Origin: an uncultured Methanomicrobiaceae archaeon
Lineage (GTDB): Archaea > Halobacteriota > Methanomicrobia > Methanomicrobiales > Methanoculleaceae
Length of the DNA: 64,000 bases
Direction: 5' to 3'
NCBI GenBank assembly: GCA_963826525.1
Contig: CAWGXH010000003.1
Location: 576,001 to 640,000 of the forward strand
The position numbers and the translations under genes are program-made. Under the pieces are notes generated by a model. That model was not told where the DNA came from and did no database searches. It was given only the letters and a program-made list of their open reading frames with translations. Of this stretch, positions 52,255 through 62,969 are shown piece after piece (position 1 is the first letter of the stretch; each line of letters opens with the position of its first letter).

Positions 52255-53142
52255 TTGAAAGAGCTCGACGATTTCCTCGAACCGTTGCACCGGGGCGTCT
52301 GGGAGGTTGCGGTACCAAAGGAGTCGGTGAAAGAATCGCTCGGCCCGGGGTGGGAGAAGTCTGCGCTGAACCTCCCCACCCCCGGGACGATCGCCAGTTA
52401 CCGGAAAGGGCAGTATCACGTGCACGAGACGGCGACGGAATGGCGGGTGCACCTCGACCGGTACGATCCGAAGGAGCACCCCCTGCTCCACCTGGTCGAC
52501 GATGCCCCGCTCGTCTTCATGATCAGCGGCACGCTCCTCGCCCTCATCATGGATACGAAGAGCGCCCTTCGCAGGGAGACCTCATCCCTTGTGGAGGAGC
52601 AGAAGGTGGCCTGGCAGCTCCTGATCGTCGCCGGGTTCTGCATGATGCTGATCGGCGTGCTGATCGGTGTAAACCCACTCTCCTCCTTCGAGAGGATTCT
52701 CATTCTCGCCGTCCGCCTGAGTGTTATCGGCCTTGCTCTGGTCGTTATCGGGAGAGGGCTGCACCATGACCCGCTCCGGGTCGTATCCAGGGGGCGGGTC
52801 CTCCTCGGCCTCGGCATCCTTGCGATCGGACTCGTCTCGTTCTCCCTCGAACTTGAGTGGGTGGCCTCGGTTTTTATCCTGATCCTGGCGCTGTGGGCCT
52901 TCGCCAGCGCCGCCGTCTCGCTGAAGCGCACCGTCAGGGGCCGCCTCGCCGTTCCGGAGGGTTTTTACAAGCGCCTCGGCATCGGCATCGCCTCGCTCCT
53001 CTTTGCACTCTTCATCCTCGTCGCCCCGGACGCAATCGAGGAGCTGCTCGTGTACGTCGTGAGCGCAATCGGCCTGCTCTTCGGCTTTCTGCTGGTGCTC
53101 GATGGACTGAGCTTCCGAAGACGGATGAGGACGGGTGCGTGA
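52255..53142 (+). CDS. Hypothetical membrane protein (soluble N-terminus plus about 6 TM helices)
   Basis: HVHE..VHLDRYDP..HLVDD followed by hydrophobic helices; TTG start. Confidence 0.75.
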   Translation: MKELDDFLEPLHRGVWEVAVPKESVKESLGPGWEKSALNLPTPGTIASYRKGQYHVHETATEWRVHLDRYDPKEHPLLHLVDDAPLVFMISGTLLALIMDTKSALRRETSSLVEEQKVAWQLLIVAGFCMMLIGVLIGVNPLSSFERILILAVRLSVIGLALVVIGRGLHHDPLRVVSRGRVLLGLGILAIGLVSFSLELEWVASVFILILALWAFASAAVSLKRTVRGRLAVPEGFYKRLGIGIASLLFALFILVAPDAIEELLVYVVSAIGLLFGFLLVLDGLSFRRRMRTGA

Positions 53143-53252
53143 AGGAGCGCCTCTCCCGCGGGTGCGCATCTTCAGGTCGGCCGGGGCTCCGGCGTCCACC
53201 GTCTCAATCACCGTTCCACTTATTGTCTGGTACAGCGTACCTTTTTAATGAA

Positions 53253-55887
53253 ATGCGCGAACCGGCCGTCAAGAAAGATCTCTACTGGTGCGATACCTGC
53301 AACGTCCCCCTCATCGGGCGACGATGCGGCTGCGGAGCGGAGGGAAGGCAGATCCCTCTCCTGCAGCCCTACGATCTCCGCCCGGCACTGAGAGCGGATG
53401 CCGACCTCATCAGGAGGCTCGTGCACGAGCGATTCGGCGCGGTTCCCCTGCCGAAGATCATCCTCCTGAACAAGACCGGGGGCACCGATCGTGCCGACCT
53501 CGTGATCATGCACGGGGACCGGTTCGGCTGGCTTACGTTCGATCCGGTGGAGCGGAAGTTCAGTCTCGATATCGCACCCGAGGCGCTCCCCTATATCATA
53601 CCCTACGCAACACGCGGCATCGTCGCTCTCGAGGAGCACCTCGACCCCGGCAGGGGAAAGATCCGTATCGGCGGCAAACGGTTTCCCTTAACGACCCCGG
53701 TGCCCGAAGGTATGGCGATCGTGACCTACCGGGGCAGACACGGTACCGGGATCGTCCGCGAGGGGCATATCAAGGTGAAAGAACTCTCGCCGGTGACCCC
53801 CCGGGAGTGCAGCGACCCTGACTGGAATATCGCTATCGAGCGGAACCGCTACCACCTCAAAAACCTCGAGCGGGCCGCCGTCCGCACCATCCGGCAGCAT
53901 ATGCACGACCGGCCTACGGCGAACGTATCCTTCTCCGGCGGCAAGGACAGCGCCGCCGTCCTCCACCTCGCCCGGAAAGCCGGTGTTACGAAGGCCTTCT
54001 TCATCGATACCGGGATAGAGCTCCCGGAGACGATCGAGTACGTCGCATCGCAGGACGTCGAGATCGTCCGGAAAGCCGGAGACTTCTACCAGGCGGTCGA
54101 GAAGGTCGGGCCGCCCGGGAAAGATCACCGCTGGTGCTGCAAGCTCTTAAAGCTCCACCCGCTCAAGATCTACCTCGCCGAGATAGGCCCCTCCGTCACG
54201 ATGCAGGGGAACCGGTGGTATGAGTCCTGGAACCGTGCCAATCTCGATGAGACGAGCCAGAACCCGGCAAACCCCCTGCAGCTCAACGTATCCCCGATAC
54301 GGAGCTGGCGGGCGCTCGAGGTCTTCCTCTACCTCTGGTGGCAGAACGTTCCTATAAACCCGCTCTACGAGAAGGGCCTCGAGCGGATTGGGTGCTTCCT
54401 CTGTCCGGCCATGCTCGAGAGCGAGTACCGAAGCGCTCCGGGTCATGCACCCCGACCTCACCCGGCGCTGGGATGAGTTCCTCGAGAAGTGGGCGGCGAA
54501 GTCAGGGATGCCCGACGCCTACTGCACGTGGGGGCTCTGGCGGTGGCGGGCGCTGCCGCCGAAGATGCGCGAACTCTGCAGAGACAGGGGTATTCCCGTC
54601 AACGAGGACTACACGCTGCGTCCCCTGCCGGAAGAGGAGCGGCGGATTCCGGTCGAAACACGGGCTCCGCCTGCCGAGCCGGTCGGGAGCGTTGAGGCCG
54701 ACGTGTTCGCCGTCGATGCCGTCAGGAAGGACTTCCCGATCCTCGGGGATTTCGTCTACCTCGACTCCGCGGCGATGAGTTTCTCACCGGAACCGGTCGT
54801 AGCGGCGCACATCGAGTTCGAACACCGCTACCGGGCCAACGTCGGACGGGGCGTGCACCGGTTCACCCGGATCGCCACCCAGCGCTACTGGCATGCCCAC
54901 GAGAAGGTGGCGCGGTTCATCGGCGGCGATGCGGGCGTTACGGTCTTTACGAAGAACACGACCGAGGCGATCAACATGGTCGCGCAGGGGCTCTGCTGGA
55001 AGCCGGGAGACCGGGTGATCACCACGATCCTCGAGCACCACTCGAACCTGCTGCCGTGGCGGGCGCTTGCGCGGCAGGGCGTCGCGCTCGACGTCATCGG
55101 CATCAATGAGGACTACTCGCTCGACCTTGCCGCGCTCGAGGGAGCCATCACCGATGCGACCCGGCTCGTCGCCGTCACCCATGCCTCGAACGCCCTCGGC
55201 GTCGTCACCCCCATCGAGGAGATCGCCCGGATCTGCCGTGACCGCGGTGTTCTCCTGCTCGTCGATGCTGCGCAGTCCCTCCCGCATATGCCCGTCGATA
55301 TCGCACGGCTCGGGTGCGACTTTGTCTGCTTCTCCGGGCAGAAGATGCTCGGACCGACCGGCACCGGCGTCCTCTGGATGAGAGAGCCGATCATCGAGCC
55401 GTCCATGCTCGGCGGGGGGATGATCGAGACCGTGACAGAAGACGCCTATGTTCCGGCCGAAGGCTACGGACGCTACGAAGCCGGGACGCCGAACATTGCC
55501 GGAGGGATTGGCCTCGGGGTTGCGGTGGACTACCTTGCAGCGATCGGCATGGAGAATATCCGCCGACATGAAGAGCGCCTGACCGCACGGCTCATCGAAG
55601 GGCTCTCCGCGATCGACGGTGTCCGGGTCTATGCACCGGAAGATCCGGCATCCCGCATCGGTGTCGTCTCCTTCACCGTCAAAGATCTCCACCCGCACGA
55701 GGTCGCGCAGCATCTCGACGAGGAGGCGGAGATCCTCGTCCGGTCCGGCCACCACTGCTGCCAGCCGCTCATGGAGTACCTCGGTCTGCCCGATGGGACG
55801 GTGCGGGCGAGTCTTGCACTCTACACCACCGAACAGGAGATCGATCTCCTCATCGCCGCCGTCGGGGATATTGCCCGGGGCGCGTAA
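53253..55887 (+). CDS. PAPS-reductase-family Fe-S domain fused to SufS-type cysteine desulfurase, frame break near 54429
   Basis: WCDTCNVP..CGC, SFSGGKDS, RWCC..K, ERIGCFLCP; then GLWRW..YLDSAA, EHHSN, DAAQS, FSGQKMLGP, RSGHHCCQPL. Confidence 0.88.
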
Positions 55888-55902
55888 AATCTCCCCGGGG
55901 TT

Positions 55903-56646
55903 TTACCCCCGGCGTCCCGCTACCCGCTCTTCGTGCGTGTATACGAGCATCTCCGTCTCCCGGAGGCACCCGATGAGGCAGAGCCCCGTCTCTTCTGCTA
56001 TCTCGATTGCAAGAGCACTGCTGCTTGCGGTCGATACGAGGATGGGGATATTTGCGGCGAGGCACTTTCGCACCATCTCCGAGGTTATTCTCCCCGTCGT
56101 GACGGCGAAGGTCTCTGAAAAATCGATCCCTTTCCGGAGTCCGGAGCCGATGATCCGGTCGAGGGCGTTATGGCGATCGATATCGGCAAAACACGCGATC
56201 ACGCCGCCGGAACCGGCGAGGACGACCGTTTCGAGATCGCCTGGGGGGAGAGAGCTCCGTGCGGCCTCAGCGATGACCGGGACGGAGACGGAGAAGTCGG
56301 ATTGGATCTTCGGGAGTTTCTCCGCATCGATGTAGGAGACGGCTCCCCCGCACCCGGAGAGGATGGTCTTTTTCCGCCCGGTCGTCTTGAACGGGTCTTT
56401 CGTAAGGACGCTGATACGATTCTCCTCGGTCCGGATCGATTCGATATCGCCCGGGCTTTTGATGATCTGCTCGGTATAGAGGTAGCCCGTGACGAGCTCG
56501 TCAAACTGCCCCGGGCTCGCAAGCACGGTCACGGCATGGCGGCCGTTGACGAATATCGCCACCGGTACCTCTTCGACGACCTCCTCGGCCGACTCTTCAC
56601 GCGATATCCCGTCGATACGGATACAGGGGATCTTCTTTGCTGCCAT
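55903..56646 (-). CDS. fdhD: Formate dehydrogenase accessory sulfurtransferase FdhD
   Basis: VVEEVP.AIFVNG, GYLYTE, DIDRHNALD, TTGRITSEMVRK. Confidence 0.9.
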   Translation of the reverse strand: MAAKKIPCIRIDGISREESAEEVVEEVPVAIFVNGRHAVTVLASPGQFDELVTGYLYTEQIIKSPGDIESIRTEENRISVLTKDPFKTTGRKKTILSGCGGAVSYIDAEKLPKIQSDFSVSVPVIAEAARSSLPPGDLETVVLAGSGGVIACFADIDRHNALDRIIGSGLRKGIDFSETFAVTTGRITSEMVRKCLAANIPILVSTASSSALAIEIAEETGLCLIGCLRETEMLVYTHEERVAGRRG

Positions 56647-56889
56647 TCTCATTGCACGCTCCACAAAGCCGTTCCGTGAGGGTATTCCCGGCGGGCTTTT
56701 GCAAGATATAAATGTGTGTGTCGTGAACGTCGGCTCCGACGGACAGTGTCACCCGCATCGTCGTCTGCGGGTCTTCGGATCGGCACGGCCCCGGAGTCGT
56801 TCTGCCAATACAGGATGCGTTGAATGATACATATTACTACCTGGCAGCGGCCGGACAAAACAGACCTTCCGGAACCGGCAGCAGGGATC

Positions 56890-57066
56890 CTACTTTCCTG
56901 CGGTCTTTGCTCCCGCAAGAACTATGATATTCCCTGCCGCCCCGCCGCCGAGGATGGGGATGAGCGGACTGAAATAGTCCGTTCCGGCAAGCAGGAACGT
57001 CGTGGCGACGATAGTTCCCGCCCAGATGATCGCCGTTCCGATAATCGCTGCATTCCATGCCTTCAT
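56890..57066 (-). CDS. Small two-TM membrane protein
   Basis: MKAWNAAIIGTAIIWAGTIVATT..ILGGGAA. Confidence 0.6.
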   Translation of the reverse strand: MKAWNAAIIGTAIIWAGTIVATTFLLAGTDYFSPLIPILGGGAAGNIIVLAGAKTAGK

Positions 57067-57208
57067 TGACAATACCCTGTACTGGAAGCGGCGGATATCC
57101 TGATATACCTTCCCGGACCGAGGCGGCCTCTATCTCGTTTTTATGCCGGAATGCCGGAGCAGCCGGAGAGGGGGAAAAGGTTTACCTTGAGCAGAGAGAT
57201 TCCATTCC

Positions 57209-57763
57209 ATGGCACCACGTGATAGGCGGTGCAACCCCTATTGGCACCTGTTCCTTATGGCGGCGTTTCTCCTCACGCTTTCGGCCGTTCCGCACGCCGC
57301 GTCGGCATCCACCCCGCCACTGCTCCCGGAGCTCGGCCTCTCGGTATCGAACGACACACTCCTCACCGAAGGAGAATTGGCGATCGCCGTGACGTGGGAC
57401 CGGGACGAAAGCGCCTATCTGCCTCCCGAGGCCGTTCAGGTAGCGCTTTACAGCGTCTCTGAAGAGAAACTCATCAAAACATACCGTATTCCGGCAGACG
57501 GAACCGAAGAATCCGGTGATGCTATCCGGCACTTCAGCGGCGCGATACGCGCATCGGAACTGCCCGGAGGGGAGGTGTTCCTCACCGCACGTGATCCGAT
57601 CTCCGGCGCCGAACGGCGTACGTCGATCTTCCTCGAGGAGACAGGCGCCGAGTACGACGATCTGCAGAACCGGGGCTTCGCCGAGAGCGTTTTCGCCGGC
57701 GTTGCGCTCCTGCTCGCCTTCGGGTTGATCGTCGTCCTCAGTATTCTTGTACGGCGAGGGTGA
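57209..57763 (+). CDS. Secreted protein with C-terminal membrane anchor
   Basis: N-terminal signal-like helix; C-terminal TM followed by RRG. Confidence 0.65.
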   Translation: MAPRDRRCNPYWHLFLMAAFLLTLSAVPHAASASTPPLLPELGLSVSNDTLLTEGELAIAVTWDRDESAYLPPEAVQVALYSVSEEKLIKTYRIPADGTEESGDAIRHFSGAIRASELPGGEVFLTARDPISGAERRTSIFLEETGAEYDDLQNRGFAESVFAGVALLLAFGLIVVLSILVRRG

Positions 57764-57909
57764 CCGGAGATGGGCCTGCCGTCCCCGTGGAGCAGAGATG
57801 CCGCCCGGATAAGAATACCGTCCGCAACCGGAGCGTTGAGGGAATCAAAGACCGCACAGCACTGTTCACGACTGCAAAAAAAGAGTTGATCTCCGGGCTC
57901 ACCATGGGA

Positions 57910-58164
57910 TCACTGTACTTTAATTGCTTCTTCGATCGACATCGCCGGTGCGACATGCGCCACGCCGTAGGAACTGAACGGTGCGGTGATCCTCAGGATG
58001 GACTTCTCGTCGTCGGCCTCGAAGATTGCGACCGACATGTGCCTCCCGATCAGGATATACCGGTGATGCACCTTCACGTCCGACGGAAACTGGAAATGTT
58101 TCCAGAGTTCCAAGACCCGGTGCGTATGCTCCGGCTCGAACTGATACCACAGGACAAACAGCAT
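57910..58164 (-). CDS. DUF3303-like small protein
   Basis: MLFVLWYQF..VKV..AIFEADDEKSI..VAPAM. Confidence 0.7.
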   Translation of the reverse strand: MLFVLWYQFEPEHTHRVLELWKHFQFPSDVKVHHRYILIGRHMSVAIFEADDEKSILRITAPFSSYGVAHVAPAMSIEEAIKVQ

Positions 58165-58376
58165 TGTTCCACCTCGCCCCTTTCCCTGCCGCATGGCATA
58201 TATACCTTGCCCATGCATGGTATCCGTGCGATTCCGCCAGAGGCCATCATCTCGTCTCCGGGTGCCGAAGAGGAAAAGAAGACTTCCTGCCGGAGTTCTG
58301 CACTTCCGGCCGGTTCCGGAAGAGCGATCAAGTTATGTGCAGGACAAGCCGGATGGTACCGGGCTGAAGAAGTTGT

Positions 58377-59090
58377 TCACCAGTCTTTCTTCATCGCCTC
58401 TCCCTTCAGATCCTTCGGCATCAGTTCGACGGCATACCGCAGCGCCGTCCGGGGCATATTCCTCTTGTTCTGCATGACGTAGGCGAAGACCTCGTCCGTG
58501 TGCTTTCGGCTCGCCTCTTTTAAGAGCCACCCGTAGCCTTTCTGCACCATATCGTCCGTATCGGTCAGGAGCAGGTCGGCAATTGCAAAGATCTCTGAGA
58601 GGAATCTGCCGCGCTTCGCCGGCACAATCAGCGAGACCGCCGCCGCCCGCCGCATCCAGCGGTTCTCCGATTGTGTCCAGCGTTTCAGTTCCTCGATCTG
58701 CTCCGGGTACCGCACGATGAAATCCCCGACGGCGTGGTTGCAGAACCCGTCGCAGGCAGCCCAGTTGGTGATGTAGGTGTCGATCCAGCGGCGGAAGACG
58801 GCGATGTCCTCCGGTTCGTAGCGGTCGGCGAGCCGCGGGACCCATGTCGATACGACAAATGCCTCCTCCATCAGCCCCGATGTATAGAGCTCTTCGCAGA
58901 GCCGGAAGATCTCCTGCTTCTCCCGGTCTTTGACTTCCTTCCAGTACCTCTTTGCAACCGCGGTTACGGTCGCGGTCTTTATCCCGTAACACCGGACGTC
59001 TTCCTTGAAGAACCGCTGCGACGTCTTCCGGATCTCGGGGTCGGCGTGCGCCGTGAGCTCCTGCCGTATCGCTTCGATGACCGGGTCCAT
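58377..59090 (-). CDS. AlkD-like DNA alkylation repair protein
   Basis: ITNWAACD, WTQSENRWMRRAA, DMVQKGYGWLLKE, MPRTALRYAVE. Confidence 0.9.
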   Translation of the reverse strand: MDPVIEAIRQELTAHADPEIRKTSQRFFKEDVRCYGIKTATVTAVAKRYWKEVKDREKQEIFRLCEELYTSGLMEEAFVVSTWVPRLADRYEPEDIAVFRRWIDTYITNWAACDGFCNHAVGDFIVRYPEQIEELKRWTQSENRWMRRAAAVSLIVPAKRGRFLSEIFAIADLLLTDTDDMVQKGYGWLLKEASRKHTDEVFAYVMQNKRNMPRTALRYAVELMPKDLKGEAMKKDW

Positions 59091-60031
59091 TATTCAGGTG
59101 TACGAAGGGAGGGATGATAAGGGATGCGGCACGCCGAGTTGTACGATCGTACGTGGCGGTTCATTTTCCCGAGGTATCGCTCGATATGTGTCTTCTGTAT
59201 CCCCATCCCGAGCAGGCGTCCGAAGACCTCCTCCCGGCCGAAGATCGCGACCTCGCTCTTCGCCTGCCGCAGCGCCTCGATCTCGTCGCGGTATGGGATC
59301 GCACCCTGCCCCTCCGTCAGCTGCCGGAGCCCGGCCGGGTCGCAGCCGCTGGCGGTCGCCCCGGCAAAACCCCTCTCCCGGTGCACCTCGATACGGCACG
59401 TCCCGGCGGCGGAGACCGCGACGTACTCGATCCGCCGCCACCCCTGCTGCCAGTCGATCACCGCGTAGGAGAACGGGGAGCAGTCGAGGGAGATGTATGC
59501 CTTTCCGGCGATCTCGCCGACCATCATTCCGTAGTGGCCGGTGATGATGCACGCTGCCGGAAGATCGAAGAGCCACGTCCGATTTGCATACGGGGCGTGG
59601 GCTACCGTGACATCGACCACTTCACGGGTCGATTCGGCCATCCTCCGCTCGCTCCCGGTCGGGACGCCGAGGAAGCGTATGCCGCAGACGGCCTGCATCT
59701 CCGACGAGATCTCGTGGAGGTACGGACTCGCCTCCGCCGCATCCCGGACGCGGCCGTAGGTGCCGAGTGAATCGTCGTTGTTCCCCTCGACGACGATGCA
59801 GTGTCGCCCTGCCGATACGAGGTGGCGGAGGAGGCCGACGAACCGGTCGGTTTCGCTCGGTTCCGCTCGTGAACACCGGTCGTAGGCGGCATCGCCGGCG
59901 AAGACGACGATTGCAGGATCCTTATCGGCGACCAGGCGGAGGAACGAGGAAGCGTCGATTCTCCGGCTGCCGGACGAGCCCCGTTCTCTCGCTCCCCACG
60001 CAAGATCGCTGAACGCCAGTATCCTCGGCAT
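59090..60031 (-). CDS. Calcineurin-like metallophosphoesterase (degenerate motifs)
   Basis: ILAFSD, FAGD, EGNND, VAHAP, ITGH; 1-bp overlap with the AlkD-like start. Confidence 0.7.
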   Translation of the reverse strand: MPRILAFSDLAWGARERGSSGSRRIDASSFLRLVADKDPAIVVFAGDAAYDRCSRAEPSETDRFVGLLRHLVSAGRHCIVVEGNNDDSLGTYGRVRDAAEASPYLHEISSEMQAVCGIRFLGVPTGSERRMAESTREVVDVTVAHAPYANRTWLFDLPAACIITGHYGMMVGEIAGKAYISLDCSPFSYAVIDWQQGWRRIEYVAVSAAGTCRIEVHRERGFAGATASGCDPAGLRQLTEGQGAIPYRDEIEALRQAKSEVAIFGREEVFGRLLGMGIQKTHIERYLGKMNRHVRSYNSACRIPYHPSLRTPE

Positions 60032-60600
60032 GGCCGGGAGGTAGTGCTATAGGAGGTGATAGGTGTCGCGGTGGTGCCGAGGGTATTTGTTTTGTTCCTG
60101 CAAATTGGTGCACCTCTACCGATCGTCCGGCGAGATCCGTGTTGCAGTATCGCCAAATACCTGCCGGGTCGTTTAACAACAGTAATAGAGCACCGGTGAC
60201 CTCTTGATCGATTCTTTTGATCAACAAGTCCGGGATGATCGTAACGCCATACGCACTCCTGGTTCCTCTGCCGGATCTCCGGACGTATCGTCTCCGAACG
60301 CCGGCAGGAAAATCAGAGAAATGATGAATCGCCCTCCACGCATGAATCGCTGAATGTCGGTATCCTTGTCATACCCGGCATAGTCTGGAACACTCTTCGG
60401 GGCACGGATAGCGGAAACGCTCGATGAGACCGGTTTTTGAGGTGTTTCCGGGGGGTATCGGGAGGAGCATCGAGTCGGACGACCGGGTGCTATCCCGGGA
60501 GAGGGAACACAAACGGAGTCTCTGCCGGTGGGCGACGGAAGGAGAAGGTCTCGCAATGCGAGGGCGCTGTATCCTGCGAATGCATCGTGGGGCGACGACG

Positions 60601-62969
60601 TTACCGTTTGCCGCCGGACCGATACACGCCCTCCGGCACCAGGATCTCAAACCGGGCTCCGCTTCCCGGCACCCCGGTCTCCCTGATGGAAAGCCCGGTG
60701 ATGGCGAGGACCTCCCGGGCGAGGAATAATCCGAAACCGGTGTTTTTGAAATACTTTCGCTCGAAAATATTTTCTTTCTCGCTCTCGGGAACACCTATTC
60801 CGTCGTCTTCGCAGACAATTATCGAGCAATCATCGGAAACACGCGCAGAAAATCCGATTCTTGTGAGTTTTTCCCCATGCCTCAGCGCATTCTCCGTCAG
60901 GTTGTAGAAGACCTTCTCAAGGAGCGGATCGGCGAAAATTTCGATCTTTTCAAGATTTACCGACAGCTGTACCGGTCCCAGGGCCAGGTTTTCCGTCGCC
61001 CGTATGATTGTCTTTTCAACATCCTGCCATTGCGGCAGCCGGACGCCGATCTCCTGGTACTCCCCGGGTGAAGGTTATCTGGCGGTGGACTATCTCCGCT
61101 GCCGTGTCCATCTTCCCGAGATAATCGAGGAGGATCGGATCGGATGTCGATTCTTCGGCCAGATGGAGAAAGCCTATGACCACGGTGAGCTGGTTGAGGA
61201 CGTCGTGCCGGGTAATGCTCGAGAGGAGATTCAACTTTCGGTTTGCCAGCCTGATTGCTTCCTCTGTTTTTTTGCGCCGGGTGATATCGCGTGCAATGCC
61301 TACCGTTCCGATAACCTTTTCGGAGGTGTCCAGGATGGGGGATCGCACCGTTTCGAGGATGAACCCGCTTCCTTTCGCATCTCTGAAACTCTCCTCGGCG
61401 ATCATCTGTTCTCTGCTTGCCATCACCTTCCGATCGTCTTCTTCGAACCTTGCTGCCGTTTCTGCCCCGAAACAGATCTCACAGGTATGATCGACCAGAT
61501 GCTCCGGGTCCATTCCCACCGCATTGCCGAATGCCCGGTTTACTGCAATAAAACGAGAGTCGAGATCCATCAGCCAGGCCATGTCCGGGATATTGTTTAT
61601 GAAGGATTTCAGCTTCGGTATTCTTCTTCTGCAGCGACTCCTCTATCCGCTTGCGTTCGGTGATATCCTGGTTCGCCCCGAAAACTTTCACGGGTCTTCC
61701 CGAAGAATCTTTCACCGACTTTATCCTGACGACGATGTGCCGGATTTCGCCGTTGCGTCGCACGATCCGGTGCTCTACCTGCTGGTAATCAGGAGCAGTT
61801 CCTTCCAGCGTTCCGGCAATTACACCGGCAACGAGTTGCATATCGTCGGGGTGCACAAATTCCCTGGCATAGACCTCGAAGGGCATCAGGTTCCCGCCCT
61901 CCCGAGCCGCGCTCGTGCCGTACAGGGAGTAAAACCGGTCGTCGAACGTGAATACACCGGATGCAACATCCGCTTCCCACTTCACCATCCGGGCAAGGTC
62001 CATCGCATTTGCCAGTCGGATCTCGCTCCGGCGCAGGGCGTCTTCAGCATTCTTCCGTTCCGTGATATCCGTTAAGGAGGCAACGCTCTTTGTCGTGCCG
62101 GGGATCATGTCGATGTTGAGGAGGATATCATGGATTTCACCGGAACGTGAAATAAACCGGAATTCATACCGTGTCAGAGCCGTTTCCCGTTTCTTTCGCC
62201 GGAGCCGGTGCTGCTCTTCCATCCTCGCGAGATCTTCGGGCACGACAAACTCGATCCAGCGCTTCTGCCCCTCGATCTCGGATCTCGGATAGCCGGCAAG
62301 CCGTTCAAACTGCGTGTTTGCAAGGCTGATCGTGGTATCGGCCTCAAGGATTACGGTTGCGGTGCCGGTATTTTCAAAGACTGTCCGATACCGCTCCTCA
62401 CTCTCGCATAATGCTTCTTCCGCCCGTTTGCGCTCGGTGATATCCATGACCGAAGCGATGCTCTGTTTTGTCCCCGGGAAGAGCACGACGTTTACGACGA
62501 TGTCGAGCACCTTCCCTTCCTTTGTGATGGCCTTTGCTTCATAGTCGCGGGGTACGGTCGGGTCGCCCCGACATCTCCGCCGGTGGTAATCAAGCAGCAT
62601 CTCCGTATAGCTCTCGTCGATGAAATCGGCAAACTTCTTCCGATTCTCGACCTCCCCGCGTGAATACCCGAAAAGCTTCTCGAAGAATGAATTGGCAAGG
62701 GATACCGTGCCGTCATCTTCGATAACGGCCATGGCGGTGCCCGTATACTCGAAGAGTGTCTGGTACCTCTGGATGAGGTCGTCCGAGGTCTTTTTGAGGA
62801 GTGCGTGAACGGCGGCACGGCCCTGGATCGCAAGGTCGTAATGTGCCGTAAGACGGGCTATGCCGTTATCGACCCTGCCGAATGCCGCGGTAATGGTATT
62901 CCGTTCTTCTGCGGAAAGTCCGCCGAGCAGAGGCTCGAGTGTCTCCCAGAGCAGTTCCAGTTGCTTCAT
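60601..62969 (-). CDS. Multi-PAS histidine kinase, frame breaks near 61600 and 61060
   Basis: Four PAS domains, H-box LSSITRHDVLNQL; C-terminal frame EDDGIGV..NTGFGLFL..GARFEI ending TAA at 60601. Confidence 0.88.

Noticed and set aside
60035-60600. Intergenic region with TTGATC..GATCAA inverted repeat and short ORFs
   Set aside because: Single weak palindrome; ORFs look spurious.
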